A stretch of DNA of 64,000 bases from a virus. Lineage: Duplodnaviria; Caudoviricetes. The translations under genes and the position numbers were made by a program. Positions 45,101 to 54,540 of this stretch are shown here, piece by piece. The notes beneath the pieces are model-generated. The model ran no database searches. It was not told the origin of the DNA and saw only the letters and a program-made list of their open reading frames with translations. The stretch covers positions 1 through 64,000 of the IMG/VR virus record IMGVR_UViG_2721756095_000004, one strand, 5' to 3'. Each line of letters opens with the position of its first letter. Positions within the stretch are counted from its first letter, which is position 1.

Positions 45101-48100
45101 CTCCGCCATTCCAACAACTTCCGCCCCAGCCACCAACTGTTCAACCATCTCATCAGTAAAGGTGAGATTAAATCTCTCCGCGATCCATTGCTTGATGAAG
45201 CGCACGAGTTTCTTCCAGCCGTTAAGCGCCTTTGCCCGGTCAATCGACATATCGGCAAGAACTTCCTCGACGGCCGTTTCCTTGGACATGTCTTTGTGCA
45301 ATCGCATCATCCGGTCCGCGGCATCGCGTACACGCTTATTCGTCGCGTAGATTTGCCGCATGATCGGATCAATACCGGGACCAAACATCTTCCTAAACCC
45401 ACGGTGACGCGCCTCATGCATTGTCACCAGGAAAACCTCGAACGCATCATTCAGTTGGTCGGCGACGAGCCATATTTCGTCTGGGGCAGGAATGTAAACG
45501 CCACGCACACCCCCTGCATTTTGAGACTTGATCTGCTCCTTAACGGCTTTCGGCAAGTCGCTTTGGGTGGCGGCAATATTGATCTTCTTGAACCCGGCTT
45601 GTTGCAGGGGCTCAATGAGTTTCTCGACGCCGGAAACAGAAAGGCCACCGCGATGGGTGGCCTGTTTGGATTTGGTGGATGCTGCTTTTAGGCGCTTACG
45701 GGTTTCGGCGATTCTTTCACGGTTGAATTTAATGCCTTCATCTGCTATATTAGAATTACTTTGGCCGCGAGCGATGGGGTCGTCCTGACTGGAACTTGCT
45801 TCAGGATTGGCAGCGTATGCGGGCTGTTTTCCAGTGACAGCGAGTGTGGGTTCGCTCCCACTCCAAAGCACCTTCATCCCTTTCTGTAGTTGCTTCTCAA
45901 GATAATCTCGGCTGGTTGGAAACGCCGTGTTTATCCGGTAATAGTCTCCGTTCTCGCTCGGCTCAAGCTGCACAAACATCACATCTTTCCGGCCATTCTC
46001 TACAGCAACAAGTAGCTGACGGCCGCTAGCATGAAGAATTTCATTGAAGTTCTTCGCTACATGCGCGACAAAAGATTCAACTGATTCAAACCCGGCGTTC
46101 CTAATCTGTTTTCCATGGTTGGCCTCTATATGCACGAGGCCATGCCCTGAGCCATCAGGCTTGTGTACCCCATGCGCGAGGCGAATGGGCGCGGCCTGGC
46201 GCTTAATCTTGCTCCCCACTTCCTTGTTTATATGACCAAAGTCAATCCCGCCGTCTGGGGTCTCTACAAAATCCGCCGGTTGTGGCGCGCGACTGAATTT
46301 TGGCGCATCAGTAGTTGATTCCTTCGCCTTCACCGCCTCCGCAATCTGCCGCAAAATCTTCGCCGCTTCAGCATCAGCCTTCTCGAACGCCTTGGCTTGC
46401 AGGCTGAAATACCTTCCCTCTACTTTCGCATCCGTGCGCTTGCCTTCCATCACTTCCTTGGCGCGTTCAATTGCTTTGGACAAGTCCTTGCCACCTTGTC
46501 TGGCAGCGGCCCGGCGCTTGATAAGGGATTCTACGTGTGAGCGGACGGGGTGGGCGGCTTGTGTCCCTGCGGATGCGCGCTCAACTACCGAATCCTTTTT
46601 GTTTGGAAGGGTGTTATGTACACGCGATCGCTCAACATTAGCCCAGCCGCCATCTTTATCCTTCGCGACCTTTCGAACGGTCACAGACCAATTGCCATCA
46701 TTCCAATCGAACGACTCTACCCGGTCATACGTCCCCCAGTAGTTGCTGCGGATGATACTGCCGGGACGAAAATGCTCCTCCAGTTCGGCGCGCAAACTGG
46801 ACTTCTTCGGTTTTGGCGTCTTCTTTGCAGGCTGGACGGCTTGCTTTCCCTCTGCTACGCTTTCATTCCCTGCGGGAGATTTCGCCTCGCGTGACTTGCT
46901 TTCGATTGAGGGCTTGGGCGCGGGGCGGGTCTCCCTGGCAGGACCAGATTGCGATATGGGATTCGTCGTACCGTTCGTAACTGACTGATCTATATTCGAT
47001 GTCGGAATCACGACATCGGCCTGAGTTTTAACTCCCTCGAATTCGGGGGAATTAGCTGCCCGCTCCGCCATCGCCTCTGCAACCGGCCTGACCTCAACAG
47101 TTCCATTCTCCCCCGCCACAGCAGCCGCAGCCCGTTCAACTCCCGGCCTTCCATCGGTCGCCACGTCCTGAATAACCGTTCCGTTCGCATCCCGCGCAGT
47201 GACAACCTGATCCGTTTCCGGCTTCTCATCAATCCCATACCCCAGCGCCTCGCCCATGCGATTATCGAGCGCAGCTTGCAGGGTAGCGTCATCGCGATAT
47301 AGAAGAGTTCCCCGGCCCGGTATCTCTGCGGCCTGTACGCCTTCCGGTAGAGTGTCAGGCATAGGCTCGCCGGGAGTCAGCAACACGCCAGGCTTACGGC
47401 CTTCAGCAAGCGCGTCCATTTGCGCGTTGAGCGTTTCAATGCGCTCGGGAGTTGGCGCGTCAACCATATTCCCGACGTCAGGAACATGGTCAGGCTCTTC
47501 ATCGAAAACATCATCCTGAATCGCATCAGGAGCCGCCTGCTGGCTTTGCCGAATCTCGTCAGCCTTATCCTTGCCCGTAGAAATAATGCGGTCTACGGCC
47601 TCAGAAGTGGACTCAGGGGCGTTCGCAATTTCAGGATCAATGCCTTCCGTTGCCCGGCGGCTCAATTCAGCCTGTGCCGCAGCTTTTGCACGCTCTCCGC
47701 CACGGGCAGCGGTGTATTTCAGGACGGAATTGGAAACTTCTGTTATTGGTTTGCCGAGAATGGTTGCTGTGTGATCAGCATCTTCTTGTGCCGGGTTTCC
47801 GCGGAATACTGCGCCAGTTCCGCCGCCCATTACCCCGCCGCCAATAGCGCCCATGGCGCCGCCGAACAGCGTTTCATCTATATTCTCTGGCGTGGTCGGA
47901 TTGTCAAATGCAGCAAGTTGCTCGACTGGATTCTGAACTAGCTCTTCCGTGCCTTCCGCCATCATGCCTTTGCCGATGCCCTTGCCGATCGATCCTTTCA
48001 GGGTAGTGGCCGCAAACTTCTCGGCCAACTTCGCCCTACCCTCTTTCGTCATCGCGGCAAGCGCCCAATTCTGCGGACCAAAGCGGGATTCGATAGCGCC

Positions 48101-48997
48101 CACGGTTGCGGCACCAAGCGCGGCAACAGCCTTCGCTTTCGCGGAATCCTGATTATTCGGATCGCTCAGAATCTGCTTGTCACGAATACCGCCGAAGGAA
48201 GGTAGCGCGGCAATAGCGGCAGGCCCGAGCCATGACACAACCTGCCCGGCGGCGGCAACCAGCGGCGCAGCGGGACCGGCCAATGGGGATAATGCGGTAA
48301 TGCCCTGGCCTACTGCTCGGGCTCCAACAATACCGGCCATGGATGAGGCTGCGTTGCCCGAAGCTTCAGCCACGGCGGTACCGGGCTTGTCGGCAATATC
48401 ATCAAGGCTATTTACCGCCGTGGGATTGGCGTCGATGATTCCCTGCCCTGCACGTTTAAGAGCATTGTCTTGATCGACTCCGGGGATGAAGTCGGCGGCG
48501 ACTTGACCGGCGCCCTTGATGCCGGCGCCAGCGGCGCGCGCAGCCGATGCAACAAATCCGCCTTCCTCTTCCGGTTCTGTGTTGGCCAATGCGCCTGCTA
48601 CAGCCTGTTTATTGCCTTGCGCCTTTGTATCATTCGCGGCCGCATTGCGAGTTCGCGCAACAATCCCTGTATCCGGTTCGCTCGATCCTTGCGGCGTTTC
48701 GGAAGCCATCCGATTGTAGAAGTCCCGGCGTACCGGAGCGCCTTTGACTTGAGGCGCGGCAAGTCCAGCGGTTTCAGCAGACCGTTCCTCTGCTTGCTCC
48801 GCAATACTCTTCTTGGGCGCGAACATGGAGAGGCCGGCGTCGATGGCGCTCGATACAGCAGACTTGCCCTTCACCATCAGCGAAGCGTCAGGATTAAGGT
48901 GCGCTTCATTCTTCTGGATAGCGGCGGCGATGTCCGCATCGGACATATCGGCAGGGAATTCCAGCACGTTACCCCAGGCTTCTACACGTTGAACCAT
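42161..48997 (-). CDS. Large polyvalent ejection/internal virion protein (PBECR-like nuclease, zincin, LPD38-like C-terminus)
   Basis: 2278 aa; GHGLVHI...H..YYRINTAFP, HEARH, YVPLHR, NP.F..RNF.RD, VNF..KG, Y.F.NA.IQG, P.PYG. Confidence 0.82.
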   Translation of the reverse strand: MVQRVEAWGNVLEFPADMSDADIAAAIQKNEAHLNPDASLMVKGKSAVSSAIDAGLSMFAPKKSIAEQAEERSAETAGLAAPQVKGAPVRRDFYNRMASETPQGSSEPDTGIVARTRNAAANDTKAQGNKQAVAGALANTEPEEEGGFVASAARAAGAGIKGAGQVAADFIPGVDQDNALKRAGQGIIDANPTAVNSLDDIADKPGTAVAEASGNAASSMAGIVGARAVGQGITALSPLAGPAAPLVAAAGQVVSWLGPAAIAALPSFGGIRDKQILSDPNNQDSAKAKAVAALGAATVGAIESRFGPQNWALAAMTKEGRAKLAEKFAATTLKGSIGKGIGKGMMAEGTEELVQNPVEQLAAFDNPTTPENIDETLFGGAMGAIGGGVMGGGTGAVFRGNPAQEDADHTATILGKPITEVSNSVLKYTAARGGERAKAAAQAELSRRATEGIDPEIANAPESTSEAVDRIISTGKDKADEIRQSQQAAPDAIQDDVFDEEPDHVPDVGNMVDAPTPERIETLNAQMDALAEGRKPGVLLTPGEPMPDTLPEGVQAAEIPGRGTLLYRDDATLQAALDNRMGEALGYGIDEKPETDQVVTARDANGTVIQDVATDGRPGVERAAAAVAGENGTVEVRPVAEAMAERAANSPEFEGVKTQADVVIPTSNIDQSVTNGTTNPISQSGPARETRPAPKPSIESKSREAKSPAGNESVAEGKQAVQPAKKTPKPKKSSLRAELEEHFRPGSIIRSNYWGTYDRVESFDWNDGNWSVTVRKVAKDKDGGWANVERSRVHNTLPNKKDSVVERASAGTQAAHPVRSHVESLIKRRAAARQGGKDLSKAIERAKEVMEGKRTDAKVEGRYFSLQAKAFEKADAEAAKILRQIAEAVKAKESTTDAPKFSRAPQPADFVETPDGGIDFGHINKEVGSKIKRQAAPIRLAHGVHKPDGSGHGLVHIEANHGKQIRNAGFESVESFVAHVAKNFNEILHASGRQLLVAVENGRKDVMFVQLEPSENGDYYRINTAFPTSRDYLEKQLQKGMKVLWSGSEPTLAVTGKQPAYAANPEASSSQDDPIARGQSNSNIADEGIKFNRERIAETRKRLKAASTKSKQATHRGGLSVSGVEKLIEPLQQAGFKKINIAATQSDLPKAVKEQIKSQNAGGVRGVYIPAPDEIWLVADQLNDAFEVFLVTMHEARHRGFRKMFGPGIDPIMRQIYATNKRVRDAADRMMRLHKDMSKETAVEEVLADMSIDRAKALNGWKKLVRFIKQWIAERFNLTFTDEMVEQLVAGAEVVGMAENEVSLFDDKQAEAYREASSGTMFSRKPSRPDNNASSGPSRTSRIVDSLIFNFQDRFMDLRDIQKEAGPVNEDMDASLAEINYPGRVRARTDDFHDDMRDPLIQAIHDGNLKYEEVEEFLHAMHAPSRNAAMKDINPTVQELDERIKKLAATRDRLAKDKNVVEFIQKRRELRQAQSDVEDGLVDPTDEILLDREVSELRKKKAVQDYVQSIEQLKRLQNMKPFDGDNTALSGMSDAAAKAVIQKVKETGKLEALQRASSMVDEITTATRKVIVDAGLETPEMIAAWEAKYDHYVPLHRDEVGGNTNPPVGRGFNIRGKESKRATGSNRAVTDILAHVVAQHETAIIRAEKSRVDNALFEFVMAHPDPELWKVDDQDTKREMDPVTGLVVERVDPLYKQRDEVLTFKIDGEEHTIEFNKQNPAAMRLASSIKNLSTQQLGEVTQAVGKFTRFLATMNTTANPVFVARNFLRDLQTAYVNLSDTELAGMKRQVFADVPKAIRGMWQLTRGNMNSQWAKDAREFRDSGGQVGWMDNYRDIGERADKLRNQLEVMGPGKWNFTRRLAKDWWELIEDANSAVENGIRLAVYVNARKRGLSEGKSSSVAKGLTVNFNLKGAKSTELNMWYMFMNASIQGTARLIQALGNKQVQKIVGGIVASGFLMDILARSMAGDDDDDGENDYDQLPEHTKAMNFVFMAGSRPVTVPMPYGYNFFASVGRKMSEGMFRENYSPANSAVELAAVFFDAFSPVGQAGSVTQLIAPTIGDPLVQWGENKNFAGNPMRREQSPFGVPKPEYQMGFKSTSAPAKWLTEFLNDATGGNEVRPGFIDTNPALLDFAVSSLAGGAGRTYLQAFSLPIKAAQDEEIQAKEVPFANIFLSAKPEYQTERKFYQNLKSVNLAEEELKNFRGDPEKRAALRDEYGELKLSGRAKFVSNILENMRKRERAIEKSNPDDKREKLKELAERKRVLMSDFNKRYVEATR

Positions 48998-50304
48998 TAA
49001 TCAAAACCTCCGGTGCGAGGATTGTATTTTCGGACTGCGCCAGCCTTCGGCGCGGGCGAACCTTGACCTGATTGCGCAAGGAAAGCATCAACATCTTTGG
49101 CTGATTCTGCGGTAGACATGCCAGCTTTCACATTCGCCTCTATGAGCGACATCCTCCATGCTTCGGATGACTTGTCGCCATTCGTCTTAACTTGCCGCCA
49201 TCCTTCTGCCGGGCTGTCAACGATCCCCTTCTCAACAAGATACTCAACCATCTGGGCGTCAGAAGGGAGTTTTCCGCCGCGCCCCCCGAGCGCACCAGAA
49301 TTACGCTCTTCCCTGATGCTCTTCGTCTCTTCGCCCAACTTGCCAACCTGAGCGTTTCTGACTCTCACGCTTGCATCGTTATCACGTACGCTGGAGTCAT
49401 AATTCCGAACCTGAGCATCTGACACGCTCCGCTTCCCTTCCGATTCGCTACGGTCCATCTGGTGCTTGAGAAATTTATCGACATCAAGTGTGGTTTGCAG
49501 CAGGTCGCCAATGTCCATAACCTTTTCGCCCGCACCGGAAATATTAATCTTCCACATACGCGGATTATTCGGGTCCGCAGGCGTAGGTCTATCTTCCAGT
49601 TTGATCCCGCCCTTTGCCAACGAGTCAATGGCCTCGTCCACTTGGCCGCGCATCAGTTGCATACCGCCTTCTATCAATCCTTGTTTCTTTGCTGTGTAGG
49701 CGCGCTCAAGGAACGGCTTGAACCTGTCACCCATGCCGTGCGCTTCAGCAATTGCACTCAACCGGTTCAGCTTGTCCGGGTTGCTGAGAAGATCAGTGCC
49801 TAGCATTTGCCGGGTTAATTCCTGAGTCATATTCGCCGGATCGATTTCTTGCTGCTGTTGCGGCTGTTGTTGCTGTTGTGGACGCGACGCCTGGGCGAGT
49901 CCGCCAACTTGATAAGCGGCCGCATCGTTACCAGCGAACGCCTCGTCTGGAATCTGCACTACACCGCCTTCCGCAAATCGCTTGAGCGATACGAGTCCGC
50001 CCTGAGCAAAGCCGGGCATGCGCTTGAACCCCGGGTCCATCATTACGGGTTGTTGTGGAGCAGCGGCATTCATGGGCTGACCGCTTCCATCGGTACGAAA
50101 GGTCATCAATTCTGCACTGGTCGCCTTTTTCCATTCCGCTTCACTGGCAGCCGCTTTATCCCGGTCTGCTTTCTTCCACTCATGTTCTGCGGCGTCACGA
50201 TCAGCAAATCCCTGGCGCAAATCCATCAAGCCTTTCTGATTCATAAGGCCGACACCAGAAGTAATCCCTTGTGCCAAACCGCCCGCGAATCCACCTGAAG
50301 CCAT
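48997..50304 (-). CDS. Internal virion/ejection protein
   Basis: GFAGGLAQG N-terminus, helical, coupled to neighbours; podoviral synteny. Confidence 0.65.
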   Translation of the reverse strand: MASGGFAGGLAQGITSGVGLMNQKGLMDLRQGFADRDAAEHEWKKADRDKAAASEAEWKKATSAELMTFRTDGSGQPMNAAAPQQPVMMDPGFKRMPGFAQGGLVSLKRFAEGGVVQIPDEAFAGNDAAAYQVGGLAQASRPQQQQQPQQQQEIDPANMTQELTRQMLGTDLLSNPDKLNRLSAIAEAHGMGDRFKPFLERAYTAKKQGLIEGGMQLMRGQVDEAIDSLAKGGIKLEDRPTPADPNNPRMWKINISGAGEKVMDIGDLLQTTLDVDKFLKHQMDRSESEGKRSVSDAQVRNYDSSVRDNDASVRVRNAQVGKLGEETKSIREERNSGALGGRGGKLPSDAQMVEYLVEKGIVDSPAEGWRQVKTNGDKSSEAWRMSLIEANVKAGMSTAESAKDVDAFLAQSGQGSPAPKAGAVRKYNPRTGGFD

Positions 50305-51479
50305 TACGCACCCCCTTTGTTCAGCATTGCCAGTCCACCTGCATTAATGCGATGAATAAAATCTTCCCCGACCAGATTCACGGCTTCCTCATTCAGCACC
50401 GCCTCGCCGTTTGATAACCTGATGGGCTGCTTGCCCTCGATGCTTGCCGGGATGGAATCGCTCGTACCCGTGCCCGGCCCCGAGATCATCCCGCCTTCCG
50501 CATAACCCTTACGCTTCAATGAGCCAAGCCCGCCGCTGTACCGCCCCGGCGTCAGCCTGTACGCTGCATTGTGGCGAACCATGCCACCCTTGCGCATAGC
50601 CATCAAAGCCATGCTGCCGCCCATGCCGGCGAGTTGCCCCAAACCAGCAAGTCTTTCTTGATTCGCTTGCCATGACTGAAGTTGAGCATTGTGCTGTCCA
50701 AGCATGAGATTGCCCCCAGCCGTATTTCCGGACTGCGCCCCGCCGAACCAGTTTTGCGCCGAGTTCATCCCGGCGTTGTGTATCCCGGCGCCGCTCGCCA
50801 TATTTCCGGTTGCCGAGTTGCCGGCGTTCAAAGCCGCGGCATCAGCGGCTAATCCAGTGTTCGGCATATTCCGGCCAAAGTTGGCAACACTTTGCCGTTG
50901 CGACATTCCGAGTAATTCCGTATCGCGCCGAGCCTTGTTCATTGCTCCCGCAGTATCTTTTGCCTGACCAAGGCTGGCCTCCTTCTGTAGCGCCTGAAAT
51001 CGGCCTGAATTGGGATTGACGCCCATGCGTCCCATTGCGCGTTCGTTCTGCTCGCGCGCGCCTTGATAGCCGAGCCCCACGTCGGCGGCAGCTTCAGCCG
51101 CCATGCGGCTTTTGCGTTCGTCAGAATCGAAGTTATTCGCATCCTGGACCATTTTCTCTTCAACTGGAGCAAAGAGGTCACGGTAGATTTGCCATTGTGA
51201 TTCGGCGCGGCCAGCATTCGCATCGCCCGCAGCGATTTGCTGATTGACGATTTTCTCAATGAGAGGATCTTGCTTCGCCGCCCGGTCTTTTTCCCAGGCA
51301 AGTTGCTCTCGGGCAACGGCAGCCTGTTCCTTTCCGAGCTCAACGTTTGATTTAGCGGCCTGGCCAATTGCAGGATCCGGCTCAGGCACGTCAGGTGCGC
51401 AGTAGCAAATATTCGGATTCAGGAACTCGATGTCACGCAGCCTTGCCAATCTACGCTTTCTCATCTCACGCATTTGCAA
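50304..51479 (-). CDS. Internal virion/ejection protein
   Basis: Gln/Ala/Gly-rich; RMGVNPNSGRF; C-terminal YAEGG..GPGTGTSDSIPA..LSNGE. Confidence 0.7.
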   Translation of the reverse strand: MQMREMRKRRLARLRDIEFLNPNICYCAPDVPEPDPAIGQAAKSNVELGKEQAAVAREQLAWEKDRAAKQDPLIEKIVNQQIAAGDANAGRAESQWQIYRDLFAPVEEKMVQDANNFDSDERKSRMAAEAAADVGLGYQGAREQNERAMGRMGVNPNSGRFQALQKEASLGQAKDTAGAMNKARRDTELLGMSQRQSVANFGRNMPNTGLAADAAALNAGNSATGNMASGAGIHNAGMNSAQNWFGGAQSGNTAGGNLMLGQHNAQLQSWQANQERLAGLGQLAGMGGSMALMAMRKGGMVRHNAAYRLTPGRYSGGLGSLKRKGYAEGGMISGPGTGTSDSIPASIEGKQPIRLSNGEAVLNEEAVNLVGEDFIHRINAGGLAMLNKGGA

Positions 51480-52077
51480 CCTCCAATATTTTAGAGAGCC
51501 CGTTTTCTGTGTGTCTGTAACCGATCATCTGGAAAAATCTACCGGCCTTGTTGATTACCTTCACGCTCACGTTAATCTCGCGAACGCCTATCTGTTGCAG
51601 CGCCCTTTCCCCGTATTCGATGAAGCGCATCGCCGTGCGCCCCTTTCGCGCTTCCGGCATTAGGAAAAGAGTATCCTCTCGTGAAAAGAGCGTTTGGGTA
51701 TGCATCGACTTGCTTACATAAACCGAGAAATTCCCGAGCAATCTTCCTTCTTTTCGCAGCGTGAACACAACTGCGCGCCCAGCCCGCTCATGGCGGAAGA
51801 AAGTCTCATAGTCCGGATTGAATTCAATCGAATGACGGTGCTGTTCCGTCTGCTTCCAGTGCTCGACATGAAGAGGTTTCATTTCCTCCAGAATATCCTC
51901 AAGTTTTTCGTGCGCAAACACGAACTCGCCGCACTGCTGCGGCTTGATCCGGTCCAGCACATCAAAAGAAACAAGTGTCGGAATTTGGTCGGCGGCGAGC
52001 ATCAAATCTGCTGCCAGATCAGGTGTTAGAGATTGCCCGATATTCGCTTTAAGAATCTCTACTAAATGATGATTCAA
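51466..52077 (-). CDS. GNAT-fold acetyltransferase-like protein
   Basis: FL.PEARKG..A.RF; position equivalent to T7 gp13/P22 gp14. Confidence 0.75.
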   Translation of the reverse strand: MNHHLVEILKANIGQSLTPDLAADLMLAADQIPTLVSFDVLDRIKPQQCGEFVFAHEKLEDILEEMKPLHVEHWKQTEQHRHSIEFNPDYETFFRHERAGRAVVFTLRKEGRLLGNFSVYVSKSMHTQTLFSREDTLFLMPEARKGRTAMRFIEYGERALQQIGVREINVSVKVINKAGRFFQMIGYRHTENGLSKILEVANA

Positions 52078-52121
52078 TCGGCTCTCCTTGCGATAACATA
52101 TTGTAACATAATAGTAATTCC

Positions 52122-52466
52122 TTAACTATCGAATCTATTGATAAGACTTTCGAGCGAGCTTCTTACGCTATTGACATATGAATAAAGCGCCTCGCATTCG
52201 GCTTTTGTCGGAATGGTGGAGAAGGTCAATTCCTCAAATTTAGGTACAGTGATTTTGTTACCGCGACGCCCTGTGAGAATTTCCAAAAGGGTTTTGAGCC
52301 ACGGCGCGGTTCCGACTGGAATGCCAGGTTTCTTGATTGCCGTCGATACCGCCATCGATGACAGGAACGCATCGGCAACGATTCCTTTGTCAACCGCTTT
52401 GCCCGCGAAGCTACCCCTCCGGCGTATTCCATATCCACCGGAACCTAACCTTGATTTAGATGCCAT
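52122..52466 (-). CDS. Virion-associated hypothetical protein
   Basis: KKPGIP...LK..LEILTGRRG, PTKAEC..L. Confidence 0.6.
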   Translation of the reverse strand: MASKSRLGSGGYGIRRRGSFAGKAVDKGIVADAFLSSMAVSTAIKKPGIPVGTAPWLKTLLEILTGRRGNKITVPKFEELTFSTIPTKAECEALYSYVNSVRSSLESLINRFDS

Positions 52467-52944
52467 GACTATTAGTCTGATCGCCGCCAAGATACCGTGC
52501 GGCTTTCATCAGGACACTCGCATCTTCGTCGAAACCGCCAAGCCCTGTATTGCATCCATGACACAACAAGCCACGCACTACTCCTGTGGCGTGATCGTGG
52601 TCAACATGAAGCTTCTTGCCTACACCATTTTCAGGTGGCTTGCGACAAATGGCACATAATCCATTCTGCGCAGCCGCCAAGGCATCGTATTGATCCACAG
52701 TCAGTCCGTAGCGACGCAAGTTATACCTTCGCTCGCGTTCTCTAAATGCTGCTTTGTCTTTTGCCTTTTCTCTTTCCCGGTATTCCGCCTGCGCTTTAGC
52801 CGAATACTCTTTGTATTCAACAGTGCCGCGGATTTTCTTTTCACAATCTATGCATCGCAAACGGCGCCCACGTGCCGTCTTGGCTTTCCAAAACTGCTCG
52901 GGCGTTTTTTTTAGCTTGCATGTTCCACAATCAAGTAATGGCAA
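52456..52944 (-). CDS. Endonuclease VII-family (homing) endonuclease
   Basis: YGLT..QY, Q.G.CAIC, LHVDHDH.TG.VRGLLC..CN.GLG. Confidence 0.9.
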   Translation of the reverse strand: MPLLDCGTCKLKKTPEQFWKAKTARGRRLRCIDCEKKIRGTVEYKEYSAKAQAEYREREKAKDKAAFRERERRYNLRRYGLTVDQYDALAAAQNGLCAICRKPPENGVGKKLHVDHDHATGVVRGLLCHGCNTGLGGFDEDASVLMKAARYLGGDQTNSHGI

Positions 52945-54478
52945 AGCGATCTCCGGAAGTCGGGCTTGTGGTCAAAGCTGTTACTGTGATCGTCGGCGTG
53001 GCAGATGCCGTGCTGGCGGTAATGTCCGTGCTTTGGCCGCGTAGCGCTGCGGTCGTCGTATCGTCCGCGAAGGTAAGTAAGCGACCTTTGAACTGATCGG
53101 CAACCGATGCGGCGGGAGTTACTGATGATGTGACAATACTGGTTGTGGTTGATCCAGACCCCACCGTCCCGATCACATTACCCTTGACCGCCCGTTCGAA
53201 TGCATTGAGCGTTGTTGTGGAGTTATTAATCGCTGACAGATTGCCGTCCATGCGCCCACCAACAAGGGCAGCGGGTAAGCGGGTTTGAATATCGTTTGTA
53301 TCTGCCTGGATGCTTGCGGTCTCAGCCTTGATTGCCGCAATCTCCGTATCCAGCAGATCATCAATCGCATTGACGCTGGCCTGAGTTGCGAGTGCCGTTA
53401 AGCCCGCGCCCGCCGCGCCGATTACAGCGGTGTCCACTAGGATCGCGTCAACGACTGTCTTGATCGCTGCCACTTCGGTATCAATCAAGTCGTCAACCGT
53501 GTCAACGCTCGTCTGTGAAGCTCTGCTGGATATAGTGGCATTGATGTTATCGCCCATGATCTTGCCAGCCGTGCCAGCGCCATACGCACCAGGTAAGGCA
53601 GTTGCCCAAGGATCACCAGCGGAACCTGATGCATTCAGAGCATACCCTGTGCTGCCAGCGGTCAAGTGGCCGGACAGAACCTCATCCCATACCGCATCAG
53701 CAATCCCGGCTTCGGTCAGGCTTCCTCCGCCTACCGTGCTCACCTGCGCATCAAGGTTCGTTTCGATCAGCAGGCCATAACTGCCGGCGCTACCGTAGGT
53801 AGCTGTCGCCGCATCCCATACCGCCGTAGCTACTACGGAAGCGCCCATGTCAACCAGGCCGCCAGCAGTGATGGACATTGCGCTGAAATTCGTCGGGAAT
53901 GCCTGGGTAAGCGAATATCCGGTTTTACCAACGTTCCAGTCGCCCTTGCCGTTAAGCGCACCAGCGGCGATGCCGGCAGCCGTAATCCACCCAGCAGTAA
54001 TGGACGGAAGATTGGTTAGATTTGTTACGGTCGTGATCGTGCCGGCAGTAATATTCGTCGGGCTCGCCACGCTTGAGGGGAAGGTAACGCCAGCCGCCGC
54101 AGTAATCGTTTGTCCAGCCAATTGAATGGCGGACACGTCCAGATAATCTGTTCCCAGCACCAGCGCATCGTAAACATTAGCGGGCAGAACCATGAATTCA
54201 CGGCGAACCGCGAGCGCGCCCGCTACATGGACGTTTATTTCCAGTTTTCCAAGGGTATTGGTATCTGTCGCATCGAGCACGGTGTAGTAGCGCCCATTGG
54301 CGATGTGGGTAGCTCCACCTGAATTTTTGCTCGATTCTGTCGTACCGCCTTCTTTCCATAGCTTAATATCAGTGTTGGCAATGGTGAGCGCGGTTTCGGC
54401 GCTGTCCCCATCTAGCTTATCTAAAAACGGCCCCAGTAAAACCTCTTGACTTGCCGTTGACTGTCTTAACCAAAGCAT
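52931..54478 (-). CDS. Ala/Thr/Gly-rich repetitive fibre-like structural protein
   Basis: AVWD repeats and DDL.DTE.AAIK repeats; GAGGAG RBS. Confidence 0.7.
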   Translation of the reverse strand: MLWLRQSTASQEVLLGPFLDKLDGDSAETALTIANTDIKLWKEGGTTESSKNSGGATHIANGRYYTVLDATDTNTLGKLEINVHVAGALAVRREFMVLPANVYDALVLGTDYLDVSAIQLAGQTITAAAGVTFPSSVASPTNITAGTITTVTNLTNLPSITAGWITAAGIAAGALNGKGDWNVGKTGYSLTQAFPTNFSAMSITAGGLVDMGASVVATAVWDAATATYGSAGSYGLLIETNLDAQVSTVGGGSLTEAGIADAVWDEVLSGHLTAGSTGYALNASGSAGDPWATALPGAYGAGTAGKIMGDNINATISSRASQTSVDTVDDLIDTEVAAIKTVVDAILVDTAVIGAAGAGLTALATQASVNAIDDLLDTEIAAIKAETASIQADTNDIQTRLPAALVGGRMDGNLSAINNSTTTLNAFERAVKGNVIGTVGSGSTTTSIVTSSVTPAASVADQFKGRLLTFADDTTTAALRGQSTDITASTASATPTITVTALTTSPTSGDRFAIT

Positions 54479-54540
54479 GGCAACTCCTCGCAAACTATAG
54501 TATTATTCGTATTTCCATTATCGATGAATGAGCCACGCAT

